Below, piece by piece: positions 18,752-28,536 of a DNA stretch of 64,000 nt. A program made the translations under genes and the position numbers. Under the pieces are notes generated by a model, which was not told where the DNA came from, ran no database searches, and saw only the letters and a list, made by a program, of their open reading frames with translations. Source of the DNA: Candidatus Eiseniibacteriota bacterium (GTDB lineage Bacteria; Eisenbacteria; RBG-16-71-46; CAZAMP01). The stretch covers positions 4,608,001-4,672,000 of the forward strand of contig OZ245046.1 of the NCBI GenBank assembly GCA_965224245.1, read 5' to 3'. The first letter of the stretch is position 1. Every line of letters begins with the position of its first letter.

Positions 18752-21232
18752 ATGAGTGCCGCCGATACAGACGTCCGCGCGCCGCGACGCACGCACGTCG
18801 TCCGCTCTCTTCTCCTGGTCCTGGTGACGATCGCGACCTACATGATCGACCTCGGTCCCACGGGACCCATCGGCGGACCCCTCACATACGGCTTCGCGTT
18901 CGACGACGTCCACCTGATCGCGACCAACCAGCGGCTCGACGCGCCCGGCGGCGCGCTCGACGGCTTCACCGGCGACTACTACGCGTCGAGCACCACCGAT
19001 CCCTCCGGACAGGCGCGCGCACTCGGCTACTACCGCCCGATCGCGGTGCTCTCGAACTGGCTCGACACACAGATCTGGCACCGGGACCCTCGCGGCTATC
19101 ACGCGACGAACCTCCTTCTGCACGTTCTCGTCGTGCTCGCGTTCTACGCGTTTCTCTCCACCGCGCTTCCGGACGCACGCATCGCGATCGGGGCGGCGCT
19201 TCTCTTTGCCGTGCATCCCGTTCATCCCGAGTCGGTCACGTTCATCTCCGGACGCGTGGACGTGCTCGCCGCACTCTTCGGCGTGGCCGGGCTGTGGGCG
19301 GTCGCGCGCTCCTCCCGCACCGATGGATCGGCGTCGAGGCGCTACACCATCGCGGCGCTCGTCCTGATGCTCCTCGCACTGTGGTCGAAGGAGATGGCGA
19401 TCACGTTCCCGGCCGCGATCTTCCTGTGCGAGGGGCTCCTGGCTCCCGACCCGGTCCGCTGCTGGAAGCGCGCGTTCCGCCGGACGCTGCCGTTCGTGGG
19501 CGTCGTGACCGTGTATCTCGTGCTGCGCGTGATCGTCCTCGGCCGGCTGTCCTCCGCCGAGGGTGTCACCGACGAGACGACGGCGCTCCTCCCGCGCGTG
19601 GGAACCGTGCTGGCCACGTATCTCGGGTATCTCGTGTGGCCCCCGTTTCGCTTCAACGTCGAGCCGCCGGTCACGATCGCGTCGGAACTCTCGGCGCTCG
19701 CGTTGCTGGGACTCACCGTGCCGATCGCGCTGGCGGTCGTGTCGGCGATTCCGCGCATGCGGCGGCGCGAGCCGGCGCTGGCGTTCGCGATCCTGTGGAC
19801 GCTGGCCGCGCTGGTCCCGGTGAGTCAGGTACTTCCGGTGGAGACACTGGTCGGCGAGCGATACCTCTACATCCCGTCGCTCGGCGCCTCGCTGGCGATC
19901 GCGCTCGTCTTCGCATGGATCGGCCGTCGCGCCGGGGGTCGCGTCGGGTTCGCCGTTCTCGTCGGCGCGCTGACCGTGGCGTACGCCGCCGGCACGATCG
20001 TCCGGAATCCGTCGTGGCGGGACAACCTGACGTTCTGGGAAGCCAAGGCCGCGCTGGATCCCGACTCGTCGGAGGCCTGGAGCGCGCTCGGCATCGAGCG
20101 CAACGTCACCGGTGACATCGCCGGCGCCGCCGAGGCCTACGCCAGGGCGCTGGACGAGAACCCGGGCCACCTCGAGGCGCTGAACAACTACGCGTTGCTG
20201 CTGCTCGATCGCGGACGCGTCGACGACGCCACGCGTCTCTCGATGCGCGCGGTACAGCTGAGCCCCACCTACCCCGAGGCCCTGAACACGCTGGCCACCT
20301 GCTTCCATACGATGGGTCGCTACGGCGAGGCCGTGGGCCAGTACAAGCGCGCGCTCCGCATGCGACCGGACTTCCGCCAGGCCTGGGTGAATCTCGGAAA
20401 CACGTACTTCACCGCGGGCGTGCCCGACTCGGCGCTACGTGCCTACGGTGAGGCCATCCGCCTGGAGCCCGATCGAGAGCTGCACCTTCAGTACGCGCGG
20501 AGCCTCGCGCTCACGCGCGGAGCCGAGGCCGGCATCCGTCATCTCGTGGATGCCGGCGTGTGCCGGCCGGGGTCGGTCGACGCGCTGCTCCTCGAGAGCA
20601 ACCTCCTCCGGATGACCGGACACGCCGGGGAGGCAGTGACGAGGCTCGAGCGGGCCACGACGCTCGACCCGACGTCCGTGGTGGCCTGGGTCGAGCTGGG
20701 GCAGCTGCGTGCGACGTCGGGCGATCGCGCCGCGGCGCGAGAGGCGTTCCTGCGGGCACGCTCGCTCGACCCCTCGCAGTCGGTCGTGCACAACAACCTC
20801 GGCGTGCTCGCCGAGGAGGACGGCGACCCGGCGGCCGCGGTCGCGCATTATCGCGACGCGCGGGTCCACGCCCCCCAGGACCCCGAGGTGCTCCGAAACC
20901 TCGGCGGTGCGCTCGTGGCGGTCTCCCGTCCCGCCGAGGCGATCGAGCCGCTCGACACGTCGATCACGATCTTCGGACGCGATCCGCTCGCACGTTACTA
21001 CCGCGCCGGCGCACGCGAGGCGCTCGGAGACACCGCCGGCGCGCTGACGGACTACGAGGTCGCGACGACCCTCAATCCGGGGTTCGCGGATGCCTTTCAT
21101 GACGCCGGGCGCCTGTTCTTCGAGATGGGCCGAGCGGACGAGGGGCGGCGCGCCTTCGAGCAGTTTCTGCGGACGAGCCGGCCGGACGACCCACGCCGGC
21201 CGGCCGTGGAGGCGGCGCTCGCCGGGAGCTGA
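18752..21232 (+). CDS. TMTC-like GT-C membrane glycosyltransferase with C-terminal TPR array
   Basis: FAFDD, YYRP, YHATNLLLH, LFAVHPVHPESV.FISGR, SKE, ERYLYIPS, RNPSWRDN, then about 10 TPRs. Confidence 0.88.
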   Translation: MSAADTDVRAPRRTHVVRSLLLVLVTIATYMIDLGPTGPIGGPLTYGFAFDDVHLIATNQRLDAPGGALDGFTGDYYASSTTDPSGQARALGYYRPIAVLSNWLDTQIWHRDPRGYHATNLLLHVLVVLAFYAFLSTALPDARIAIGAALLFAVHPVHPESVTFISGRVDVLAALFGVAGLWAVARSSRTDGSASRRYTIAALVLMLLALWSKEMAITFPAAIFLCEGLLAPDPVRCWKRAFRRTLPFVGVVTVYLVLRVIVLGRLSSAEGVTDETTALLPRVGTVLATYLGYLVWPPFRFNVEPPVTIASELSALALLGLTVPIALAVVSAIPRMRRREPALAFAILWTLAALVPVSQVLPVETLVGERYLYIPSLGASLAIALVFAWIGRRAGGRVGFAVLVGALTVAYAAGTIVRNPSWRDNLTFWEAKAALDPDSSEAWSALGIERNVTGDIAGAAEAYARALDENPGHLEALNNYALLLLDRGRVDDATRLSMRAVQLSPTYPEALNTLATCFHTMGRYGEAVGQYKRALRMRPDFRQAWVNLGNTYFTAGVPDSALRAYGEAIRLEPDRELHLQYARSLALTRGAEAGIRHLVDAGVCRPGSVDALLLESNLLRMTGHAGEAVTRLERATTLDPTSVVAWVELGQLRATSGDRAAAREAFLRARSLDPSQSVVHNNLGVLAEEDGDPAAAVAHYRDARVHAPQDPEVLRNLGGALVAVSRPAEAIEPLDTSITIFGRDPLARYYRAGAREALGDTAGALTDYEVATTLNPGFADAFHDAGRLFFEMGRADEGRRAFEQFLRTSRPDDPRRPAVEAALAGS

Positions 21233-21233
21233 C

Positions 21234-21749
21234 CTACCAGTCTCCGGCGTAGGCACCCGAGAACCCACCCCCGTGCGCGGCCGCGTAGTCGTATCGCAGC
21301 CCGGCCAGCTGGCGGAGGTGCAACGCGTCGTGCTGCCACCACGACAGGAGCAGATCGCCGGCCGACATGTCCCCCAGGCGGGGATGCGTGTGCACGGTGC
21401 TCCAGTCGGGCGCATCGAGACCGTCCAGCCACGCGATCGACGACGCCCGCTCCTCGGCGAAGTCGCGAAGCACGCCGGGGAGGCTCTGAGCGGCGTAGTC
21501 GTGCGCGATCACCCATCCCTCGGGATCGATCGGCGGCCACGGCTCGCCGTTCCGGTGGAGCGTGATGTCGAGCCTCACGCGAAAGTCGCGCCGCTCTTCG
21601 TCGAGGAGATGGCACGCCACCTCCAGCAGGGACCAGCGCGCGGGTGTCGGCTTCCATTCGGCTTCGGCCGGGGGAACGTCGGCGAGGAGCACACCGATCG
21701 CCCGCTCGCTGGCGTGCATCTGGCGCGTGACGACGGCGAGATCGATCAT
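21234..21749 (-). CDS. DinB/YfiT family protein
   Basis: WSLLEVACHLLDEE and HDALHLRQL. ATGA coupling with the upstream gene. Confidence 0.88.
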   Translation of the reverse strand: MIDLAVVTRQMHASERAIGVLLADVPPAEAEWKPTPARWSLLEVACHLLDEERRDFRVRLDITLHRNGEPWPPIDPEGWVIAHDYAAQSLPGVLRDFAEERASSIAWLDGLDAPDWSTVHTHPRLGDMSAGDLLLSWWQHDALHLRQLAGLRYDYAAAHGGGFSGAYAGDW

Positions 21750-22570
21750 CGACACGTGAGGGTCACCTCCATCCGATCGGAGCCGCGCAGGATCTCGATC
21801 GGGAGCACGTCTCCCCCCTCGAGCCCGGAGAGAAGATCCTTCACGACCTCGACGTCGGTCGCGGGCTGGCCCGCCAGCGTCAGGATGACGTCGCCGCGCA
21901 ACAAGACGCCGGAGGCCTCCTGGTCGTCTCCGAGATCCGACACCACGACGCCGCTGTCAACGCCGAGCGCGGCCGACAGCTCCCGATCGATGTCCTGGCA
22001 CCAGATGCCGCATCCGACACCGGTCACGTCGGCGAGCGGGTCGCGATCGGGGCGGGTCAGGATGTCACGCTCTCCGGCCTCGCGCATCACGGCCTCCGAG
22101 ACGAAGATCGGCGCGCGCGATCCCAGCGCCAGCGCGATGGCGTCGGAGGGTCGCGCCTCCACGCTGACGGTGTCGTCGACGCCGGTGCCGAAGTCGACCC
22201 GGGCGAAGAACATGTTGTCCTGGAGCGCGGTCACGATCACGCGCTCGACGCGCACGCCGAGCCGCGCAATCGACTCGGTCATGAACTCGTGGGTGAGCGG
22301 TCGCGGCGGCTCCTCGCCCGCGATGCGGCGGCGGATCGCGTCGGCCTCGGCGTAGCCGATCCAGATCGGCAGGGACCGCTCGTCGCCGTCGGTCTCGGTC
22401 AGGAGAATGAACGGCGACGCGCCGCCGGGCTCGATGTAGACGCCGGTGACCTCGACCGGGTGCACGTCCTCGACGGAGGCGTCGGGCGATCGAACCGCGG
22501 TCGTCACGAGCCTGGTGCCGACGATCCAGATCAACAGGAACGTGAAGGCGATGAAGAAGATCGTACGCAC
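21746..22570 (-). CDS. Bifunctional nuclease (DUF151) domain + PDZ domain, N-terminal membrane anchor
   Basis: LPIWIGYAEADAI, RPLTHE, ARPSDAIALAL. C-terminal PDZ-like GVVV...LLRGDVILTLAGQP...ILRG. Confidence 0.8.
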   Translation of the reverse strand: MRTIFFIAFTFLLIWIVGTRLVTTAVRSPDASVEDVHPVEVTGVYIEPGGASPFILLTETDGDERSLPIWIGYAEADAIRRRIAGEEPPRPLTHEFMTESIARLGVRVERVIVTALQDNMFFARVDFGTGVDDTVSVEARPSDAIALALGSRAPIFVSEAVMREAGERDILTRPDRDPLADVTGVGCGIWCQDIDRELSAALGVDSGVVVSDLGDDQEASGVLLRGDVILTLAGQPATDVEVVKDLLSGLEGGDVLPIEILRGSDRMEVTLTCR

Positions 22571-22671
22571 GCGTCAAACTCCCGTCGCGCGCTCTGCGTA
22601 CCGTCGCGGCCGCGCGCGGCGTGCGCGCGTGCTCGGCGACCGCAGTGTACCAGACTCCGGGAGCGACCACG

Positions 22672-24375
22672 TCACCGGCGCAGTGCCGTCAGCCGTCGTG
22701 CGAGGAACGACGACCCGGCTCCCGCGTTCACCACGTCGCGCGCGGCGTCGGTCAGGTCGGCCGGCGGCCCGGCCAGGTCGATCACGTGGACACGATCGGG
22801 TGCCGCGCGCGCGATCTCGTACAGCACCGAGAACGCCTCGGGAGCCGTCGCTTCGAGCGGGGGGTACACGAGCACCTCCAGATCCGGACGGCGATACGCG
22901 AAGCGCACGGCCGACGCGACCGTGGACTGGACGCCGAAGCCCCGGCGTCGCGGGTCCCCGAGCACGCGCACGTCGTCGCCGAGCGCATCGAACAGCACCA
23001 GCGTCGCGTTCGGCACCGGATCGGGCGCGAGATCGGTGCGGAGCGTGTGAAGGTGCTCGTCCAGCCGTTCGGCCTTCGGCAGGCTCACCCAGCCCCCGCT
23101 CTCGAGCCGTCCCATCGACTTCGCGACCACCAGACCCATGCCGAGCACGACGATCAGCACGAACACGGCGGCGCGACCCGGCGAGACGGTGAGGGACACC
23201 GGCGTGCGCGCGACGAGTCGGCTCGGGGCGCGCCCCGGGAAGAGCGCACTCGCCACCGTCCACACGACGCCGGCCGCGCCGAGACCGACGTAGTTCGTAT
23301 GGAACCGGCTGGGCGCCAGGAGTGCCGGCGAGACCGACACGATCAGCCACACGACGCCGAACCGCGCCAGCGTGGACCACTCGTGTGCGCTCCGGTCGCC
23401 GCCGGACGTCCGGCCCGACCGCAGCGCGGTCCACGTCAGCGCGGCGAGCGCGGCGTAGCCGGCCACCGCGATCGTCCGCCGGAGCGCCGGCACGTCGGCG
23501 AGCTCGCGGACGCCGGCCAGTGACCACACCGCGTAGACCGGCCATCGCGTGACGGTGTGGAGGCCCGGCGTCAGGCGATACAGCTCGGCGCCGGCCCCGG
23601 ACTCGAAGCGGGCGATCGAGAGCTGAACGATCGCGAACGGGATCGCCACCAGGACGTAGGGCCAGATCGACCTCGCCGCGGTCGCGGCCCGCGCGGCGAG
23701 CCCGTCGCCGGGGCCACGGCCCGCGTCGGTGGGGAATGCCGGCGACAGATGCCACGACACGAGGAACGCGAGCGCCACCGAGACGATCGCGGTCTCCTTG
23801 GTCCCGAGCGCGAGCACCAGCGCCAGCGCCGCCAGGAGCCGCCGCCGAACGCCCCGGCGACCGCCGCCGCCGGACGGGCGGAAACCGGCCGCGTGAAGGT
23901 CCAGGAACGCGAGCGACCAGAGCGTGCTGCCGACGTCCGACACGCCGCTGGCCCAGACCATCGACGGGAAGAGAAAGTCGCGTGAGACATACAGGCAGCC
24001 CGCGGCCCACGCCGCCCGGGCGTCGAGACCGACCCGGCGTCCGAGGTCCGCGATCAGGACCCCCGACACGGCCACCGCCAGCGTCAGCAGGATGTGATAG
24101 GCGAGCGGATGGCCACCCAGGCCGCGCAGCAGGACGCCGAAGAAGAGCGGATCGGATAGCGGCCGGTAGTGATGATCCATGACGCCTTCGCCGCCGAGAT
24201 ACCCCACCCACGTGGAGACGTCCGCGTCGAGCATGGCGTCCAGAAACAGATAGTCGTCTTCGGCGAAGGGGGCTCGCCACGACAGGAGCCAGGTGACGAT
24301 CGCGACGGCCAGGATCGTCCACACCGCGACCGCCCGCGAACGCGCTGGCTCTGTCCCGGCACTCGAACGAATCAT
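22672..24375 (-). CDS. GT-C-like multi-pass membrane glycosyltransferase
   Basis: EDDYLFL, HYRPLS, HPLAYH, ALGTKET. Many TM segments; GAGGT RBS. Confidence 0.65.
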   Translation of the reverse strand: MIRSSAGTEPARSRAVAVWTILAVAIVTWLLSWRAPFAEDDYLFLDAMLDADVSTWVGYLGGEGVMDHHYRPLSDPLFFGVLLRGLGGHPLAYHILLTLAVAVSGVLIADLGRRVGLDARAAWAAGCLYVSRDFLFPSMVWASGVSDVGSTLWSLAFLDLHAAGFRPSGGGGRRGVRRRLLAALALVLALGTKETAIVSVALAFLVSWHLSPAFPTDAGRGPGDGLAARAATAARSIWPYVLVAIPFAIVQLSIARFESGAGAELYRLTPGLHTVTRWPVYAVWSLAGVRELADVPALRRTIAVAGYAALAALTWTALRSGRTSGGDRSAHEWSTLARFGVVWLIVSVSPALLAPSRFHTNYVGLGAAGVVWTVASALFPGRAPSRLVARTPVSLTVSPGRAAVFVLIVVLGMGLVVAKSMGRLESGGWVSLPKAERLDEHLHTLRTDLAPDPVPNATLVLFDALGDDVRVLGDPRRRGFGVQSTVASAVRFAYRRPDLEVLVYPPLEATAPEAFSVLYEIARAAPDRVHVIDLAGPPADLTDAARDVVNAGAGSSFLARRLTALRR

Positions 24376-24437
24376 GGCACCTCGGCGGAAAGGGCGCATT
24401 GTAGCTGCCCCGCGCGCCGTTCTGCTACGCTGGTGGC

Positions 24438-25409
24438 ATGTCACGCGAACGCCATCCGTCCGCCGCCGGCCGGTCGTCCGGCAACGCCCCCCGGGCCCGC
24501 GGTGCCGGCGTCCGCACCACACGCGCGCCCGTCATCCGGACGTTCGCGGGTGCCGCGCTCGCGGGCCTGATGTCGACGCTCGTGCCCGGCCTCGCCTGGG
24601 CGCCGCCGATCGAGCCGGCGCCGGTTCGGGCCGTTTCCGACAGCATCTCCAGCGTCGAACGGCGGCCGGCCGGCTCGACGGCGGGCTATCGACACGAGAT
24701 CCGGACCGATCCCGCGATCGTCGCCGACGTGTCCAAGGCCCGCCTGAAGTCCGACGAGGAGACGCTCCGTCGCCGGTGGCTGGAGCTCTCGATCGCCGCA
24801 CGCGGCGCCGACGAGATCCAGCTGGAGTCCTTCGCGGATCGGGTGCTCGAGCGCTACTTCCCGAACACGACGTTCTACCGGCTCCGCGCGGTGGTCGGCG
24901 ACCAGACCCGCACCGCCGTCGCCTGCGAGAGTCTGGGCCGGCTCCTCGTCCTGCCGCACGAGATCAACTTCCTGTGCATCCTGGAGGGGCGCACGGTCAG
25001 CCGCCACAACGTCCGGCCACTCTCCGAGGCCATCGCGCGCATGCTCGATCCCGACGGCTCCACCTCCCAGAAGGTGATCGACTACAGCGTCGCCCGCGAT
25101 CGACGCGACCCGTCGCTCGCGACCGTCACCCTCGACACGTGGTCCTATCGCAGCGGATTCCGCATGCGATGGACGATCGGCGTTCGGGAGCCGTACTTTC
25201 ACTCGCTCGAGGAGAACCTTCTGAGCGTCCGGCCGGGTCTGCTGGAGGACATCACGCCCGAGCAGCTCCTGGATCTGCAGGACGACGAGTTCGAGGGGGC
25301 CCTGGGCCGAGAGAAGTACATCGGATTCTGGCGCAACCCCAGCGAGCGGGAGGAGATGCGCGCTCACCGTGAGGTCTGGCTGGCCGCGCGGCGCGAGTCC
25401 CGCGAGTAG
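24438..25409 (+). CDS. Hypothetical exported protein
   Basis: Hydrophobic N-terminal segment ending GLAWA; globular-looking composition. Confidence 0.6.
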   Translation: MSRERHPSAAGRSSGNAPRARGAGVRTTRAPVIRTFAGAALAGLMSTLVPGLAWAPPIEPAPVRAVSDSISSVERRPAGSTAGYRHEIRTDPAIVADVSKARLKSDEETLRRRWLELSIAARGADEIQLESFADRVLERYFPNTTFYRLRAVVGDQTRTAVACESLGRLLVLPHEINFLCILEGRTVSRHNVRPLSEAIARMLDPDGSTSQKVIDYSVARDRRDPSLATVTLDTWSYRSGFRMRWTIGVREPYFHSLEENLLSVRPGLLEDITPEQLLDLQDDEFEGALGREKYIGFWRNPSEREEMRAHREVWLAARRESRE

Positions 25410-25538
25410 CCGCCCGGCGCCCCCGCGCGACGTTTTCCGGTCGGAAGGGTGCGCACGCCGACGTCCCCGCGTACAATCCCGCGCGATCGGAAACCGCTCC
25501 AACGTGCCCCCACGGGCCTACTCACACACGAGGCTCAC

Positions 25539-26153
25539 ATGATCGGAAAAGTCATCCCGGTACTGATCGCGCTGGTGCTCATCTACGCCGTCTGGTCGCT
25601 GCCGGCGTGGGATCAGGGCGCCGAAATCGTTCCCCCCGACACGAAGCCGGACATCGAACAGATCGCAGACGCGCACGACCACGACCACGACGGCACGGCG
25701 CCGCTGGCCATCGATGCGACCGGGCTCCCCCTGGATGCGCGGCTAGAGGCCGAGCTGACCCGGGCCCTCTCCAGCCTGGACGACCCGACCTCCAAGGCGC
25801 TCTTCACCGAGGCGTTCAAGCTCACGTTCACAACCGACCGTGGTGCCCGGAACTTCGCGGCGGCTCGCGCTCGATTCGAGGAAGTCCTCCAGGCTCACCC
25901 GGACCACGCCCCGTGCTATCGCGGACTGGCCTATGCGGAGTTCAACACGACCCTCAGCTTCCCGAACACGATCGCCCTCTACGAGCGCGCCGTCGAGCTG
26001 GACGCCGACTACGGCGAGGCTCACTACGCGCTCGCGTTCATGCTCGGCAGCATCGATGCGGATCGCGGACGCATGCACTTCGACCGTGCGATGTCGCTGG
26101 GCGTGCCGGATGCTCAGGACCTGAGGGGGCAGTACTACTCCGGAGACCAGTAG
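25539..26153 (+). CDS. Membrane-anchored TPR protein with His/Asp stretch
   Basis: N-terminal TM, HDHDHD, and TPR-like YERAVELDADYGEAHYALA. Confidence 0.75.
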   Translation: MIGKVIPVLIALVLIYAVWSLPAWDQGAEIVPPDTKPDIEQIADAHDHDHDGTAPLAIDATGLPLDARLEAELTRALSSLDDPTSKALFTEAFKLTFTTDRGARNFAAARARFEEVLQAHPDHAPCYRGLAYAEFNTTLSFPNTIALYERAVELDADYGEAHYALAFMLGSIDADRGRMHFDRAMSLGVPDAQDLRGQYYSGDQ

Positions 26154-26154
26154 C

Positions 26155-28536
26155 GTGATCGGTTCGGGTCGCATCATCCAGCTCTGGCTGGTCGCCGTCC
26201 TCGTCGGTACGCTGCTGTTCCTCCCGTCGGGGCTGGTCGGCCAGTTCGGCTACGACCTGGCCGTTCTCCTGGCCGTGGTCCTGGCGATCGCGCTTCCGAT
26301 CATCACGGCGGTCCGCGTCTCGGAGATCCGTCGCGGGGGTGTCGCGCGACGGCGGTCCTCGATCGACTACGTGCTCGGCACGTTCATGCAGGTCGTCCTG
26401 GCCGGATCGTCGATCCTGGCGGTGCCGCTGATCGTGCTCGTGGCCCGCGGCTTCTGGGTACCACACTGCGACTTCGCCGGTGGGCTGGTCTGGCTGCTGC
26501 TGATCCCCGGCGTGAGCGTCACGTACATCAGCGCAATGTCGGTGTTCTTCTCGCTCGCGACCGGTCGCGTGAGCACGGCCTTGATCGTCACGTACGGCTT
26601 CATGCTCCTGACCGCCGCCATCGCCGTGCGCCACCTCGTGGCCGACCCCCCGACGTTCGTGTTCAACGGCATCGTGGGCTACGTGCCCGGCCCCATCTAC
26701 GACGAGCAGGTGTCGGTGACGGGACCGCTCCTGTGGGCGCGACTGGGAACGGTGGCCTGGGCGCTGCTCTTTCTGTCGCTGTCGGCATCGCTGTGCGACT
26801 CGCGCCGTCATCGGCTCGATCTGCTCCAGTTCCCCGAGCTCGACTACTCCGCGGACTCGCTCCTGCCGCGATCGCTGACGCTGTCGATGATCCTGGTGCT
26901 GGTGGCGCTCCACGTCAGCCGCGAGACCAACGGCACCTCGCCGACTGCCGGGTCGATCCAGGCCGCGCTCGGAGGACGCGTCGAGACCGAGCACTTCGTG
27001 ATCTACTACGATCCGAACGCGAACGACGCGGACGAAGTGGCGCTGATGGCCGAGGATCATGAGTTCCGGCTCGCGCAGCTCATGGACGAGCTGGGCTGGG
27101 AGACGTTTCTGGGCGTGACGCCGCTCGAATCGTACGTGTACCCGACACCGGAGGCGAAGAAGCGCTACATCGGCGCGCGCAACACGTCGTTCGCCGATCC
27201 GTTCGATCGCGCGATGCACCTCAATCAGCGACCCTTCCCCCACCCGGTCCTGAAGCACGAGCTGGTGCACGTGGTCTCGGCGAGCTTCGCGGGACCACTC
27301 GGGTTCAACCCGAGAATCGGCCTCCACGAGGGGCTCGCGGTGGCCCTGGACTGGGAAGAGGAGACCTTGACCCCCGACGAGTGGTCCGCCGTCATGCGCC
27401 ACGAGGGGCTCCTGCCCCCGATCGGAGCCGTCACGTCGCTTCGGTTCTGGACCGTGGCCGCGAGCCGCGCGTACCTCTCGGCCGGCTCGTTCATGCGCTT
27501 TCTCCTGAACGAGCACGGCGCGCTCGCGGTGCAGCGGTTCTTCCGGGACAACGACTACGTGACGCACTTCGGCGCGCCGCTGGACGAGCTGGCGGAGGCC
27601 TGGTACGCGCACCTGGACCGCGTGACCGTCACCGAGGCCAGCCGCGCCTACGCCGCCGATCGGCTCCGTCGCCGGGCGATCTTCGAGCGGACCTGCCCGC
27701 GCCAGGCGGCCGAGCACCTCGACGATGCCTGGGCCGACTTCCGCGCCGGACGTGACGACGACGCCCTCTCGGGGTTCGAGCAGGTCCTGCGCTGGGCGCC
27801 CGACGACGCGGGGGCCACGCTGGGGAAGCTGCGGTCGCTGGAACGACACGCCCCGGATCAGGCTCTTCTGGCCTTCGCCGATTCGCTGGCCTCGTGCGAC
27901 GACTGCCCCGGTCGCATCGTGGACGCGGCGCTGATGGCGCTGGGCGATCGCGCCTGGCGGGACGAGAACACCGTCACCGCTCGCGACCGTTTCGCGTCGG
28001 TGCTCGCCCGCCGGACGACGCCCGACTACGTCCGATCGGCGGCGGTGAAGCTACCGGTGTTGAACGAATCGGCGTACCGGCGGGTGCTCGTCGAGGACCC
28101 CGGTCTCGTGGAGACCGGTGCGCTCCTCGGACGCCTGGCCGACGAGGGCCCCGCGATGGGTCTGGCCAACTACCTGCTCGGACGGCGGCTCTTCCAGGAG
28201 GAGGCGTGGGCCGGCGCCGCGTTCCACCTCCAGCGAGCCCGGGACGAAGGGCTGCCGGACGACACGATCCTCGTGGAGTGCCTGCGCCTCCTCGGCGAGG
28301 CGCACTACCGGGCGTCTAACGTGGTCGATGCCGAGACCGTGTTCGCCGTGCTCGTCGAGCGGGCGTCGAACGCGGCCGCTCGCGACCGGGCGACGGGATG
28401 GGTCGAGCGATGCCGGTGGCGGCGAACGGGCGACCTCCATCATTCGCCGCCGACGCCGCCGGCCGGCGCGCGCGACGAGGATGAGCCCGCGACGGTGGCC
28501 GAGGGTTCGGAGACGGCGCCTAGCGAGGCACCGTGA
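26155..28536 (+). CDS. Multi-TM protein with zincin (HExxH...E) peptidase-like domain and TPRs
   Basis: About 6 N-terminal TMs; ETEHFVIYY; LKHELVHV...GLHEGLAVAL; C-terminal TPR-like helices. Confidence 0.75.
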   Translation: MIGSGRIIQLWLVAVLVGTLLFLPSGLVGQFGYDLAVLLAVVLAIALPIITAVRVSEIRRGGVARRRSSIDYVLGTFMQVVLAGSSILAVPLIVLVARGFWVPHCDFAGGLVWLLLIPGVSVTYISAMSVFFSLATGRVSTALIVTYGFMLLTAAIAVRHLVADPPTFVFNGIVGYVPGPIYDEQVSVTGPLLWARLGTVAWALLFLSLSASLCDSRRHRLDLLQFPELDYSADSLLPRSLTLSMILVLVALHVSRETNGTSPTAGSIQAALGGRVETEHFVIYYDPNANDADEVALMAEDHEFRLAQLMDELGWETFLGVTPLESYVYPTPEAKKRYIGARNTSFADPFDRAMHLNQRPFPHPVLKHELVHVVSASFAGPLGFNPRIGLHEGLAVALDWEEETLTPDEWSAVMRHEGLLPPIGAVTSLRFWTVAASRAYLSAGSFMRFLLNEHGALAVQRFFRDNDYVTHFGAPLDELAEAWYAHLDRVTVTEASRAYAADRLRRRAIFERTCPRQAAEHLDDAWADFRAGRDDDALSGFEQVLRWAPDDAGATLGKLRSLERHAPDQALLAFADSLASCDDCPGRIVDAALMALGDRAWRDENTVTARDRFASVLARRTTPDYVRSAAVKLPVLNESAYRRVLVEDPGLVETGALLGRLADEGPAMGLANYLLGRRLFQEEAWAGAAFHLQRARDEGLPDDTILVECLRLLGEAHYRASNVVDAETVFAVLVERASNAAARDRATGWVERCRWRRTGDLHHSPPTPPAGARDEDEPATVAEGSETAPSEAP

